Position numbers and translations under genes: made by a program
Source: Hypanus sabinus
Lineage: Eukaryota
Direction of reading: 5' to 3'
Length of the DNA: 64,000 nt
Assembly: GCF_030144855.1 (NCBI RefSeq)
Contig: NC_082722.1
Coordinates: 20,150,001-20,214,000, forward strand
The notes under the pieces: generated by a model
What the model was told of the DNA's origin: nothing
The model's input: only the letters and a program-made list of their open reading frames with translations
Database searches by the model: none
Shown here: piece by piece, positions 50,540-63,329 of the stretch
Layout of the letters: every line of letters begins with the position of its first letter
Position numbering within the stretch: position 1 is the stretch's first letter

Positions 50540-53500
50540 AAATGTTTTGCTGTATATGGTTAGGCTTTTGACAAGGATCCCCATGGCAGGCTCCTTCAGA
50601 AAGTCAGGAGGGGGACTCCTGTTCTTTGTGATTTATTTTAATAAGTGACTTGGATGGGTAAATGAAAAAGTGGTTAGTAAGGTGGTTAGTGGAATTGTGG
50701 ATAGTATAGACGGTTGTTGTAGTTTACTACATGATATTAATAGGATGCAGAGTTGGGCAGCAATGTGGCAGATAGAATTCATTCAGGAAAGTTCAAGTTT
50801 ATTGTCATCTGACTGCACATGCATACAACCAAATGAAACAGCATTCCTCCTGGAGCACAGTGCACCTACAATACATGTATCACACATAACATTTAAAAAA
50901 ACTCTTCCCACAAATACAGTAATTTATTAAATTATAAATCAAAATGCATGTTGTGCCTGGGCAATTACTGGTAAACAGTAATTGTGAACAATAAACAGCT
51001 CATGACCTAGTGACGAGACATCAGTAGTGGCAGGGTATTTATTAATTTCACAGCTTGGAGAAAGAAACTGTTACCCACCTGGCAATCTGAGCCTGATGTT
51101 CCTGTACCTCATTCCTGACAATAATGAGACAGTGGTTGCAAGTGGATGGTAATCATACATAACGAAGTTTTGTGCTCTTCATATACAGTGCTCTCCCCAG
51201 TAAGAGTTCTAACTTGGGGACGTGGGTGTTGACGAGACCTTGGTGATCCCCTCTGTGGTTTTTGAACGTCAAACTTGAAGGCAGAGTGCAGGGTTAATGG
51301 CAGAATTCTTAGCAGTTTAGAGGAATGGAGGAATCTTGGAGTGCAAGTCTATAGATCCCTCAAAGTTGTTGCGTAAGTAGATACAGTGTTTAAGATGACA
51401 TATGATGTGTTGGGGGATTGAGTTCAAGAGCCATGGTTGCAGCTCTGAAAAACGCTGGTCTGATCACACTTCGAATATTGCACACAAAAAGCTGGAGGAA
51501 TTCAGCAGGACTGGCAGCATCTTTGGGAAAGAGTAAACTGTAGTTATTTTGGGCTCAGACCCATCATCAGGACGGGGGTAAGAAAAATAAATGAGATGTC
51601 ACTGTCTCGTAGATGCTGCCTGGCCTGCTGAGTTCCTCTAGCATTTTGTGTATATTACTTTGATTTCCAGCATCTGCAGATTTTATTTTGCTTGGAATAA
51701 TGTATACAGTTCTGGTCACCTCAATATAGAAAGGTTGTGGAAGCTTTAGAGAGAGGGTACAGGGGAGGGCTACTACTATGTTGCTTGGATTGGAGAATGT
51801 GCTTTATGATGAGAGGATGAGTGAGCTAGGGCTTTTCTCTTTGGAGCAAAGGAGGATGAAAAGTGACTTAACAGGTGTACAAGATGATAAGAGACATAGA
51901 TTGAGAGGGCACAATTTTAAGGTGATTGGATTGGGGGATGGTGGAGGTATGTTTTTTTTTTAACCGAGTAGTGGGTGTGTGGAATGTGCTGCCAGTGGTG
52001 GCAGTGGAGCAGATGCATTAAGGGTATTTAAGAGGCTCTTAGTATGATACATAGAAGAAAGTAAAACGGAGACTATATGGAAGGGAAGGGTTAGATTGAT
52101 CTTAGAGTAGTTTAGAAGGGTGGTACAACATCGTGGACTGAAGGGCAGGTACTGCGTTATATTGTTTTATATCCTACATTCTATATATCTTATTCATAGC
52201 AGAATTGTAGTCGAAACTGCACTAATAGTAAAGGAAAGCTGACCAGAGTTCTCAGCTGAATAACTGGCAGAATGGGCCAGTTCTGTTACAGATAGAATAA
52301 AAAGAACAAGTTGGCCGTTATGATATTGAGTCTGGAGGGCTAAATAGTACCTTTACAGAAGGTGAGATGTTGTGCTTAAGCTTGCAATGAAAAATGTTGA
52401 AGTTCACGTACAGCAGTGTGTTGCAAAACTAAATTGGTAGGCAACCAGAAACCCAGGCTCATTCCTATTGACTGAATAAAACACTCAGCAAAACAATCAA
52501 CCAATCTGCATTTGTTTTCTCCAATGTAGTGGAAACTATATTGGGATACACCAACAATGATACATTAGATTGAGAGAAGCATTGGTAATATGTTGCTTCA
52601 CCACAAATCTGTTTGGGTCCCTAGATCTTGGGTAGGGAAGAGGTGCAGGAAGAGATATGGTGCTATAATTCCTTTAGTTTCATGGGGAAATACCATTAAG
52701 TTGTGAGTAGTTGACAGAAGAGCAGACATTGGTGTTGATAAACATTGGTGTTTATCTCTTCAAAATACTGAAAGGAGGGGAGGGAAATGAGTGCATTCTG
52801 ATGGACTATTTTTGCAGTTGGTAGAAATTGTAATAGATGATCATTGAATGCAGAAGCAGGTGGAATTGAAGGGTATGATTTTGGGAAGAGTGGATAAGAA
52901 TAAACATACAGGAAATAAATAAGATGGGATCAACGCCTCTGTCGGCTGTGGTAGAGAGCAGCAAGAGAAAATCTACAGATGCTGTAAATCAAAGGTATAC
53001 ACATAAAAAATGCTGGAGAAACTCAGCAGGCCAGGCAACATTTATGGAAAAGAGTGCAGTCAACATTTTGGGCCGAGACCCTTCATCAGGACTTTGGAGA
53101 GGAAACAATGATTCATTATATGAAGAAAGTATAGGCTATGGAGAGGATACGGAGAGATTTACTTGGATGCTGCCTGGATTGGTGGGCATCTGCTAAGAGC
53201 AGAGATTGGACAAAGTAGGGTTATTTTCTCTGGAGTAGCAGAGGTTAAGGGGAAGTTGGATAGGTTTATAAGATTTATAACAGGCATAGCTAACCTCTCA
53301 TATCTTTTTACAGGGTTAAATGATCAATAATAGTATGCATTTAATGGGTGAGAGTGACAATTCAAAGTAGATATATGAGGCAAGTTCCTTTTTAACTGAG
53401 TTGTAGGTGCCTAGAAATAAAACTGCCAGGAGTGGTGCGGGAGTTAGATGTGTTTAAGGGGTTCTTAGATAGGCACATGAATATTGCAGAGAATATGGGA

Positions 53501-53580
53501 TTATGTGTCATTAATTTGTTTGGCGCAACATTTTTGTCCATAGGGCCTGATCCTGTCCTGTGCTGTTCAGAGGCAACAAT
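50540..53580. mobile_element. Mosaic of short CR1, Penelope-derived and other repeat fragments
   Basis: CR1 3' motifs (e.g. ORF 51778-51963), a GIY-YIG remnant near 52450-52650 (minus), and terminal repeats at 51481-51690 and 52960-53095. Confidence 0.7.
53057..53093 (-). ncRNA. Degenerate minimal type I hammerhead ribozyme motif (copy with the best-preserved stems)
   Basis: AGTC CTGATGA A GGG TCTCGG CCC AAAA T GTT GACT. Stems I and II are intact; GAAAC has become AAAAT by transitions, consistent with CpG decay. Confidence 0.5.
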
Positions 53581-54067
53581 GTGGAAAGTCAGGGTGAGAA
53601 CAAGAATAGTCAAGATGGCTTTGTGAGTTTTGGTGTGTAATAAAAGTGTACTAGTAATTTATTTTAAAATGTGTGTTGATTAATACAAAAGGAAGTTAAA
53701 TAATTCTTATAGTTTGTCGTCTGCTGCTGTTGCTTTTACTAGCTCTTAACCATTACTCAGGACTTCCGTTCACTTCTGTTCTGTGAATTCTGTGGTGTCT
53801 ATAGGGCCAAAGAAGTGGAGAAAGCACCAAGTGCATGGAGGGGGCAAGATGGTCGTAGTTTGTGAAATTGTACGTTCCTTTCATTGCTTATGTCAGGCTT
53901 CTGTGTGTTTTTCCACTTTCAGTGACTCCCTGGATTCTCAGAAGCAGTTAACATTTTCTTTCAAAGAGGATTTGGGGATCTTTTCCTCTATGAGCACAGA
54001 GGAGATAACAGTCTATGGAATAGAATTTTGGAATTCTGGTGTCAAATATTTGAACACAATGACTTAC

Positions 54068-54371
54068 CCAACAGAATACACTAAATGTATTTATGCTCTC
54101 AGCATTGAGTGACCGTAGCGAAGATAAACATTAGTTTGCTGATCTTGCCTGTGAATTTATTGAGGCATCATTAGTTGTCTTTCTTCAATGCCTTGACGTG
54201 CTTGAAGTAGGCAGATCAGGTCTCCGGCATAAAGGAGGGTGAGAATCACACTGCTCAGTAAATCATGGGTTTTATGGTCTGGATAATATGAGCCACAGCA
54301 TATCCTGGCACAATCTCTCCACGAAGTTACATTTTGTTCATATTGAATAACGTTCAGCTTGTCAGCAAAAC
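54068..54371 (-). pseudogene. Probable decayed V-set Ig exon
   Basis: Phase-1 acceptor (CATAG/GT) and donor GG/GTAAGT, 304 nt apart. Starts GFADKLNVIQYEQNVTSWRDCARICC (Q-x15-C spacing as in NKp30). With frameshifts it gives MIY*(W), NDASI, TNVYL(R/C) and HLV. Requires several frameshifts and stops. Confidence 0.4.
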
Positions 54372-54739
54372 CTATGACCATCTAAGGAAAAGTGTTTTGA
54401 AGATTAAAACCCCAAATATTAACTTATAGGCACTGATTACCCCATTTAACAGAAATTTTAAAAATTACTTTATTTAAAAGTAAATGGTTGTTTCCATAAT
54501 ATCCTGTGTATTATTTGTTTACTTTTTATTGTTTGCATTACTTGTACTTTATTTGCACATTGGATATTTTGTCATTTGTGGTTGTGTGGGGTTTTGCATG
54601 GATTCTATTATGTTTCTTTGTTTTGTGGCTCCCTGCAAGAAGTTGAATCTCAATGTTGTATATGGTTTGCATACATTGACAATAAATTTACTTTATACTT
54701 TCAACTATATCATACACTTTGCTTTAATGTATGATAGAA

Positions 54740-56780
54740 CCATAGAACATTTCAGTACAGAAACAGGCCTTTTGGTCCTTCTTGGTGTGCCGAATCATTT
54801 TTCTGCCTAGTGCCACTGACCTGCACCTAGACCGTATCCCTACATACCCCTGTCAACCATGTACCTGTCCAAGATTTTCTTAAATGTTAAAAGTGACCCT
54901 GTAATCACCGCTTCAACTGGCAACTCATTCCACATTCCCACTACACTCTGTGTGAAGAAGCTCCCCCTAATGTTTCCTTTAAACCTTTCCTTTTTCACCC
55001 TTAACCCATATCCTTTTGTTTTTTTTTTCTCTCCCCTAGCCCCAGATGAAAAAAGCCTGCTTGCATTCCCTCTATCTATACCCATCATTTTTTTCAATTT
55101 TTTTCATTTCACATATCTATAAAAGCTTTCACAGTCAGTTTTTATGTCCCCTGACAGCTTTCTCTCATATTTTTTCTCCCGTTCATAATTAAGCCCTTTG
55201 TCCTCCTCTAATGGACTCTGAATTCCTCCCAGTCCTCAGGTGTGCCGCTTTTTCTGGCTAATCTGTATGTTTCTTCATTGGGATTGATACTATCCCTATT
55301 TTCCCTTGTCAGCCGCTGGTGCACTACCTTCCCTGGTTTATTCCTTTCCCAATCTGGGATGAACAATTACTGTAGTTCATCCATGATATTTTTAAATGTT
55401 TCCCATTGCATATTCACAGTCAACCCTTTAAGTATCATTCGCCAGTCTATCTTAGCTAATTCAGGTCTCATACTTGCAAAGTTAACCTTCTTTAAGTTCA
55501 GAACCTTCGTTTCTGAATGAACTATGTCACTCTCCATCTTAATGAAGAATTCCACCATATTATGGTTACTCTTACTCAAGGAGTTAACAAGAAGATAAAT
55601 GAAGGAAAGTCTGTGGATGTTTTCCGGTTAGACGTTAGTAAGGCCTTTGACAAGTTCCTACATGAGAGGATAGTTCAGAAGGCTCAGACACTAGGTATCC
55701 ATTGAGAAGTTATAAACTGGATTCGAAATTGGCTGTGCGGGAGAAGACACACAGACAATGGCTGTGGATAATTGCTTCACTGTCTAGAGGTCTGTGACTA
55801 GTGGTGTGCCTCAGGGATCTGTGCTGGGACCATTATTGTTTGGTGTCTATGTCAATGACGAAGTTGATAATGTGGTAAAGTGAATCAGCGAGTTTGCTGA
55901 TGACACTAAGAATGGGAGCGCTGTCGAATTCTTTCAAAGCTTTCAGAGGGATCTGGACCTACTGGAAGAAAGGACCAAAATTGCTAGATAGAGTTTAGTG
56001 CAGACAAGTATGAGGTGTTGCAATTTGGAAGTACAAATCAAGGTAGGATATACACAGTAAATGGTAGGGAAGTGATAATTGTGGAGGAACAAAGGGTTCT
56101 GGGAGTTCAAATACATAAACCCCTGAAAGTGGCGTCACAGGTAAACAGGGTTGGTAAGAAGGCTATCGACATGCAGGCATTCATATATCAAAGTATTGAG
56201 CATAGGGGTTTGGATGTTATGGTGAGATTATATAAGACATTGGTGAGGCCAGATTTGGTGTACTGTGTACAGTTCTAGTCACCTAACTGTAGGAAGGATA
56301 TCAGTAATATTGAAGGAGTGTAGAGAAGAATTATTAGGATCTTGCCTGGTCTTCAGAAGTTGAGTTAAAGTGAAAGATCGAATAGGTTAGGACTTTATTC
56401 CATGGAGCGCAGAAGAATGAGGGGGGATTTGATACAGGGTTACAAAATTATGAGGGGTATAAACAGAGTAAATGCGAGTAGGCTCTTTCCACTTAGACTA
56501 TGAGAGATAAATACGAGAGGACATGTTTTTTAACGTGAAATGGGAAAGTTTTACGGGGAACATTAGGGGGAACCTCTGCACTCAGAGTGGGAGGAGTGTG
56601 TGAAACGAGCTGCCATCTGACGTGGTAAATGGGGGCTCAATTTTAGGTTTTAAAAATAAATTAGTTAGATACATGGATGGGAGAGGTCTGGATTGTTATG
56701 GAGTGGGTGCGTCAATGGGACTCGAGGAATAAAATAGAAGGGTCGAATGGTCTGTTTTCATGTGCTGCAGTTTTCTATCG
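54740..56780. mobile_element. Three adjacent CR1 fragments: 54740-55100 minus 3' end, 55140-55560 minus endonuclease, 55570-56780 plus RT and 3' end
   Basis: ORFs 54840-55097, 55367-55579 (HNMVEFFIKME) and 56015-56278; LDVSKAFDK motif. Confidence 0.9.
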
Positions 56781-57146
56781 TTCTGTGCTTTTGATGTTAA
56801 TTGAATTTCTTTTCAAACGTAATACAATCTGAAGTTATGGGTGTATCTGAAGGTATTCAGATATACCAGCTGCCGTGCACATTATGCTATCAAAATATCA
56901 TATCTTTCTTAATGAGGTTTAATTTTCTGTCGCCGAGCACCATTAATCCACATTTCCTCTATTTTATACATTAGATTGTTTAAAAAATTTAAAACATGAT
57001 TCAAATAGAGAGCATTTTAACATTTAGTCCCTTGTATTTTCGTTCTGCAAATGTTATCAACTGTCCTAAAATTGCCAATCCATCATGAGTACACGCGAGT
57101 ATTAGCATAATCGTGCGATGATTTACAGGAACAAAGGATTACATAT

Positions 57147-57351
57147 NNNNNNNNNNNNNNNNNNNNNNNNNNNNNNNNNNNNNNNNNNNNNNNNNNNNNN
57201 NNNNNNNNNNNNNNNNNNNNNNNNNNNNNNNNNNNNNNNNNNNNNNNNNNNNNNNNNNNNNNNNNNNNNNNNNNNNNNNNNNNNNNNNNNNNNNNNNNNN
57301 NNNNNNNNNNNNNNNNNNNNNNNNNNNNNNNNNNNNNNNNNNNNNNNNNNN
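57147..57351. other. Assembly gap (205 N)
   Basis: Run of N. Confidence 1.
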
Positions 57352-57365
57352 CGAGAACGTGAGAG

Positions 57366-58540
57366 TGTAACGAGGGAGCAATGGATGGTGGTCAATCAAA
57401 GTGTAAAGAAAGGTCTTCAAAGCTTAGACTCATCAGAAGCAAGGCGACACATATGAAATCCAAAGGCGAAATTACAAGCGCTAGTACTAGAAATAGAATT
57501 TCTCCGATTGATACCTCGGTACTCAGCACGAGAATTTAACTACAAAATTTTCTTTAAAAATGTGGCAGGTAATAATTGGCGGAGTGTTTTAAAACGACAG
57601 CGACAGTCGGAAGTTCAGTCGGGACGGTGACAAAACTACCCTTCCTACAACTGGCTCCTCACGACGCAGTGCAATCAAGATGGTGGTGATGGAAGTCCTC
57701 TATCAAAGTAATATCCAGGATTTCGCGTGAAGGAATCCAGCTTTTTTCTTCTGCGTCACATCCCTCCCAGTTCTGAAGCAACTGCCTTTTGCCTCAAACA
57801 ATATGGGATCGTAAAGGTCAACAGACTGTTTTGGCAAGTTCACCTTTAATAATTCTGAGAGGCGAAACAGTTTAGTGAACTGAAGCTAAGGGCTGGAACG
57901 AAAGGGTTTCAGGCGGTATACGTGGAATATTTAGTGAGTCGTCATGGCACTCGAGAGTTTGAGATGATAGGTAACAGGATTTTGAACAGGTCGATGTAAC
58001 GAGGAGCCAATTTTCTGGATTCAACCCACATAAGGAGATCTCCAGTTCTGAACTAGTTGCGGATCAGACCGACTGACAGGAATGAATTCCCGTTCCTGTC
58101 TTCTCTGGCGATTGGCCCGGTCTTATTGTGGCCGCGATTTAGCCATCAACGCCTCTCTCGCCTTAAACCATATCTGGCGACAACTCTAGACCTGTTTTTT
58201 CGCTGATAGAATCCGACGATTTGCTTCTTTTTCCAGGAAGAGCGGAGACTGATACCCAAATTGACCTTGGAAAGCGGTCACCACGAAAGACGGATGCTGA
58301 ACTGTATTAAGAACAAACTCCCCCCAGATCAGGTTGTCAATGCAATTGGTTAGGTTCCCCGAGGCAAGACATTTGAGTGTTCTTTCAAAAGCTTGGTTGA
58401 TCCTTTGCATTTGGCCATTGGTCTACGGGTGGAACCTAGACTGACAGAGGCCACAGTGACCTCAGAAAATGTTATCCAGACGAAGAGAAGGCTCTGCTGA
58501 TTTGACCTATACCTCTCCTGATAATAGATATCAGCACATT
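57366..58540 (-). mobile_element. Chromoviral Ty3/Gypsy (sushi-like) 3' end: integrase, chromodomain, PPT and 3' LTR
   Basis: RINQAFERTLKCLAS..WGEFVLNT (ORF 58186-58410) and chromodomain-like [21 protein letters not shown] near 57690-57780. PPT GTAGGAAGGGTAGTTT. LTR 57366-57632 with TGTCAC...GTTACA termini on the minus strand. Confidence 0.8.
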
Positions 58541-59169
58541 TATTCAACGTGTCATCATCAAACCCAATAGGATTCTAGTCTCTATTAAGTCTGCTAAATT
58601 ACGCTTGTCAGGAACAGTATGCAGTATAATCAAAACCGAAAAGATAACTCGTAAACTCGCCAAAGCAGTCCGAGTGCAGTAAAAATTTGCTTCAACGTTA
58701 CTTGTTGAACTTGCTCGCTAACTTTCTAAATACATAACATCGTACACACTATGGCTTGTGATTCTATATCTAGCAGTTTAAACGTGATTTTCCATCGATA
58801 TGGTTTCCAAAGCTTTACGAGTGATCTGCCCGAAATCCAGTCACCGATCTGGAATGCTTTGCCCACTAATATTGGAAACTAATTAATCAGAGACTGGAAT
58901 CATATCAAAATCTGTCTACAGATCGTCACAAATCTATTCGTTCCAGGTAGGATTTAACTGTTACGCCTCAGTCTTCGGGAAATCCCATCTTGATGCTGAT
59001 TTTGCTGCGTTTCCAAATTTTTACAATAAAACCCTTAATTAAATACACCTTAGCTGTCCGGCAAACTGTTTCCACCTTTGCTATACCACTATGCGATTTC
59101 GAGCCTAAGTTTTGTTTTATCACATTTTTGGCAAATGTCTAGAAGTTGACTGCCTTACACACACTAAAG

Positions 59170-59850
59170 AAGTGGCCTACAGGGAATAAGTATCTCTCTG
59201 ACACAGTCGAGTCAAAAACAAATTCTTTCCCTCAATGTCGCAAAAACAAAGAGCTGGTTGTGGATGACGGCAGGAATGGAGAAAGGCGAATTCCTATTGA
59301 AATCAACGGATAAGGGGTTGAGAGGATAAACAGCTTCAAGTTCCGTGGAATCTACATCACTAAGGACCTCAAGTGTTCTGTACAATCCAGCTGTGTGTGC
59401 AAAAAAAGCCCGTCTATCACCTCAGAGGTTTGGGGTAGTTTCATAAAGTCCCCGAATCCTGAGAAATTTCTCCAGTGGCACAGTTGAGAGCATCCCGACT
59501 GGCTGCATCACCTCTTAGTATGGGAAATCTGCTTCCCTTAATCGTAGGATTCTTCTGAGAGAGCAGACTGCCCAGCGCATATGTGGATGCGAACTTCCCA
59601 TGATTCAGGACATTTTTCGACAGGTGTGAAAAGAGAGCCCGATGGGCCATTGGGGACCCAAGTCAACCCAACCACAATCTATTCCAGCTGCAAACATTCG
59701 GAAAACGGCAACGTCATGTAAAACCCAGGAACCAAACAGGCTCCGGGACAGCTTCTTCCACCCGGTCATCAGACTGATTAATTCACGCTGACACAATTGT
59801 ATTTTAAGCTATATTGACTATTCTGTTGTGCATCTTACTGTACATACTGA
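59170..59850 (+). mobile_element. Rex1/Babar-type LINE 3' fragment
   Basis: Homologous to 49600-50200. Confidence 0.75.
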
Positions 59851-60699
59851 CGGCAGAGCGAAGTTATGATGGCGCTAAACTGCGATTCATTTGCTTGTAT
59901 TTTCGTTAGCAATTTTATTTAAATCTTTGATATTTCCTTTTCCGTTGTTAGGATGTGGGGGGTTCCTTTGAAAGCCCTGACTTAGAGGTACACTCTGACC
60001 TTGATTTTCTGCGGGAATGGGAACCGCTCTTTGCGTCTCACGACCTGCCAGTTTACTTTTTTTTTTTTTTTGAAATCCCAAGGAAATGTCCTGGAAGACA
60101 AGAGTTCGCACAAGGTACCAGGATTTTTGTGGCACTGTGGACATGCTGATTCTAGGACAGTGCCCCTGGCTGAAGCGTCACAGGAGAACACGGAAGGTCA
60201 AAAGGAGTGGTTTGCTGTCTGGGCTTGTGGACCTAGAGAGCTGCGACTTTATGGTGCTGAATCTCCAGGCGCAGATCTTGGGGGGGGGGGGGGGGGGAAG
60301 CAACGTGAAGGACCTAACATCGTAAGTCAACGAGTTATTTGCTGTATCTCCCCTCTCGCTGTGAAACGGGGACGCCTCTCTTTCCCTGATTAGGGAGGGA
60401 GAGAATGTCTGTGTTAATTCGAATTATCGGATGGACAAGTAGGCTTTGCTAAACAACAAGTCCCTATCTTTATTGACGCTTTTTTGCTTGGCGGGGGTGG
60501 TCATTGCCTTGCTGATGCTGATGCAGCGGAGAGGTATTTCGGAGTTGGTGGGGACTGGGGTTCAAATATTTTAGCTGACATTCGCCCTTCGCGCAGTACT
60601 CAGTTTTAGTGGTTATCTGCAAAGGCAACGAAGTTCAAGAGGTATATTATGACCTCCTCTTGTGCCAAGATAAGTCCATTATCAGTATAGTGAGGTTAT

Positions 60700-61130
60700 A
60701 TTCAGACTGCGTGGCCTCCAATATGATTGTATAAACATTGTTTTTTCCTACGGGTAAGATAAATCCCTCCCCGTACCCTCTACTTCTAATCCCCACTCTG
60801 GCATTTTACCTCTCCTCATCCGCCTAGCACCCATTCCCCGCACCACACTCCGTGTCCTCTTCTTCTGTATCTCTTATGGTCCACCATCCTCTCCTATCCT
60901 CACATTCTTTTTTCTCCAGCCCCTTACCTTTCTAAAGCATCTGGCTCATTTTACATTTTGTTCTAGCCTCTATCCCCTCCCTCTCCTTCTTCTTGTGGCG
61001 TCTATCCACTTCCTGTTTAGTCCTGAAGAAGGGCCCCATCCGGAAGCATCCACTGTTTATTTACTTCCATATATGCAGACAGATTTGCTGAGTTTTTTCA
61101 GCATTTTCTGTGTGTAACTCTAGAGATTGT
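60700..61130 (+). mobile_element. Penelope-derived 3' tail fragment
   Basis: Pyrimidine-rich tail followed by the terminal repeat with CTGAAGA at 61023. Confidence 0.6.
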
Positions 61131-61139
61131 TGTGCATGA

Positions 61140-61432
61140 AAATGCCAGGAGATCAGCAGTTTCTATGGTACACAAGACACACTATCTGACACCAACAATC
61201 ATTCCATGGTCAAAGTCAACAGAACTATATCTGTACGTTTCTATGAAAAGGTTCTGCCATGATTAGCTGATTAGATATTTGCATTGTTGGCCTCCGTTAT
61301 TCTCGACAGACCATAGATTTGCTCCTTGGTAAGTTTCCACGGCGCATGCCTGGGCAAAGTTTTTTTTATTATATATATTTGCATTAACAAGCTGTTAACA
61401 TGTACCTAATAAATTGGCCACTGACTGAGTGT
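61140..61432 (-). mobile_element. Tc1/mariner 5' fragment
   Basis: Reverse-complement homologue of 15431-15672. Confidence 0.7.
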
Positions 61433-62759
61433 ATGGTCTGAACGTTGGGCTGCTGTTGTAAATCTTTTATTCTATCTGTACTTCGGCATATCTGTGCATG
61501 TACAAATATAACTGACTTGACTCAATTAACACCAACATTTTTACAAATTCAATTTCATTAAGAAATTGCCCTGTATTATAAATTTCCTGGTAATTTTGGT
61601 AACCAGGGACGTAGGAAATGGAGCCACGCACAGTTTAAGCAAAATGTAGGAAACAGGGCCAAAGTGAATTGAACGGAAGCACCGAAACTAGACACCTAAC
61701 AACAAGGAAACCTAGCAAATGTTACCCGGTGAGCCAGATATCAAATTGTCAGGACTCTTCACTCATCAGATTATTGGATTTTTAGTGTAATTAATTTCGG
61801 GTCTGCTGGTTTCACACCAATCAACCCAAGCACGATCTAAACAGAAGTTACTGGAGAGCATGCACAATGCGTTACAAATTCAAATGTTTGATCAGGCAAT
61901 ATGATGCTAAATAACCCATGCTTACCCAATTTCCTCGTTTGTTAGCGGGCGTATTACACATTGTTTACAATTCTCCTCACTCGTTGTAACTAGATGTAAC
62001 CGTAAATCTTGCACAATTGAATTGATCGAACGGTGCAAGCTGGGAATTCCTTTCAAACATTGCACATTGGTAATGCACAAGCATAATATTTCCAGTGATT
62101 GCAAACACTCGAAAGTGTACACAAGGAAAGACATGCAAAACAGTCATTCATGAAAGAACTGACACTTCTGAATTTAATATTTCAATTTTATATTTTCCAC
62201 TAAGAAATAACATCAACATGTTAGAATCAACTGTGATAACAAATTCTGTTGCAAATCTGTTCCAATGAATACACTGGAAGCGGAGGCACAATCAGTTTTT
62301 AATAGTAAGAGCTTTTACGGTAAGCTTTGCCCAAGAAACAAAAATATACTCATCAGATGGCTGACAGGCCCACAAACATAAACAACGTAACCAACAGTCA
62401 TCTGTTTCAGGAGTTTGAACACAGATGAGTATTTCTGATATTCCAATGTATTCAAAATATTATAAGGATTCATTAAGGGAATTAAAATAGCTTAAACATT
62501 TTTCAGAGTATGAAGTAAAACAGTGGAAACGCTTAAAATTGTTTCAGGGCAATAAATTAACTCAGCAAGATCCTCTTACTGCCTTTCCTTTCAATTTAAA
62601 TGCATTGACTCACTGATTGCGATTTATTCTAAGGTATCTACCATCCACCAGTGTCAGCCTGGTGCAATCCGGGAAGAAAAAGGTCACTTCAAGTTCAGTA
62701 TCTTTCATAAGAAAACACATATACTGAGAAATAGAGGCCGTACAACATTTAAATACTGT

Positions 62760-63320
62760 CGTTAAAATGGAAGCCCACCAAAAGTGTATTTTCAGGAGAA
62801 ACAGTGTCCGATCACTGCCCTGGTGGCACGGGAACCGAGACGTGGGTCCCCACTGGAGAACCTGAAACCTGAAGGAATCGGACATAAAAAGGCGATTGGC
62901 GGTCCGTTGCCTGAGTCAGGGTCATCCCGTTCGGCATCTTTTACAATAGACTCGATTTCCCAAGAGAGGACTGCCACCACACAGGATGGTGGAAACGTGG
63001 TCTCCAGGTTAGAAATGACCTCCTTAGAATTGCATTGGCGGGAAAGGGCGTCAGGACCGCGGACGGTAGGTGACAGTAAACGGACTGGGCGGGAGTTCAA
63101 GCATTTAGCGGTCTGGATATATTCAAGGTTCTTATGATCATTCCAAACAATAAACGGATGTTCCGCTCCATCCAGCCAGTGCCTTCTTTCCTCCAACTCC
63201 AGCTTGACAGCCAGTAGCTCCCAGTTCCCCACGTCGTAATTTCGTTCAGCGGGGGATATACGACGAGAACAGGAGGCACAGTGATGAAGCTTTTGGTCTG
63301 GACTTGAGAACTGCACCTAT
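62760..63320 (-). mobile_element. Ty3/Gypsy (sushi-like) RNase H and integrase zinc-finger remnant
   Basis: SPAERNYDVGNWELLAVKL.LEE.RHWL.GAEHPFIVW.DHKNLEY (ORF 62792-63316). Confidence 0.9.
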
Positions 63321-63329
63321 ATTTTTTAA

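Noticed and set aside
55140-56780. Twin-priming 5' inversion of a CR1 element
   Set aside because: The inverted endonuclease piece and the RT piece appear to resemble different CR1 subfamilies in this window, so adjacent insertions are more likely.
56850-56910. TLCYQ as DGAT1 exon 9 (APTLCYELNFP)
   Set aside because: Frame does not match the acceptor, and the flanking residues do not align.
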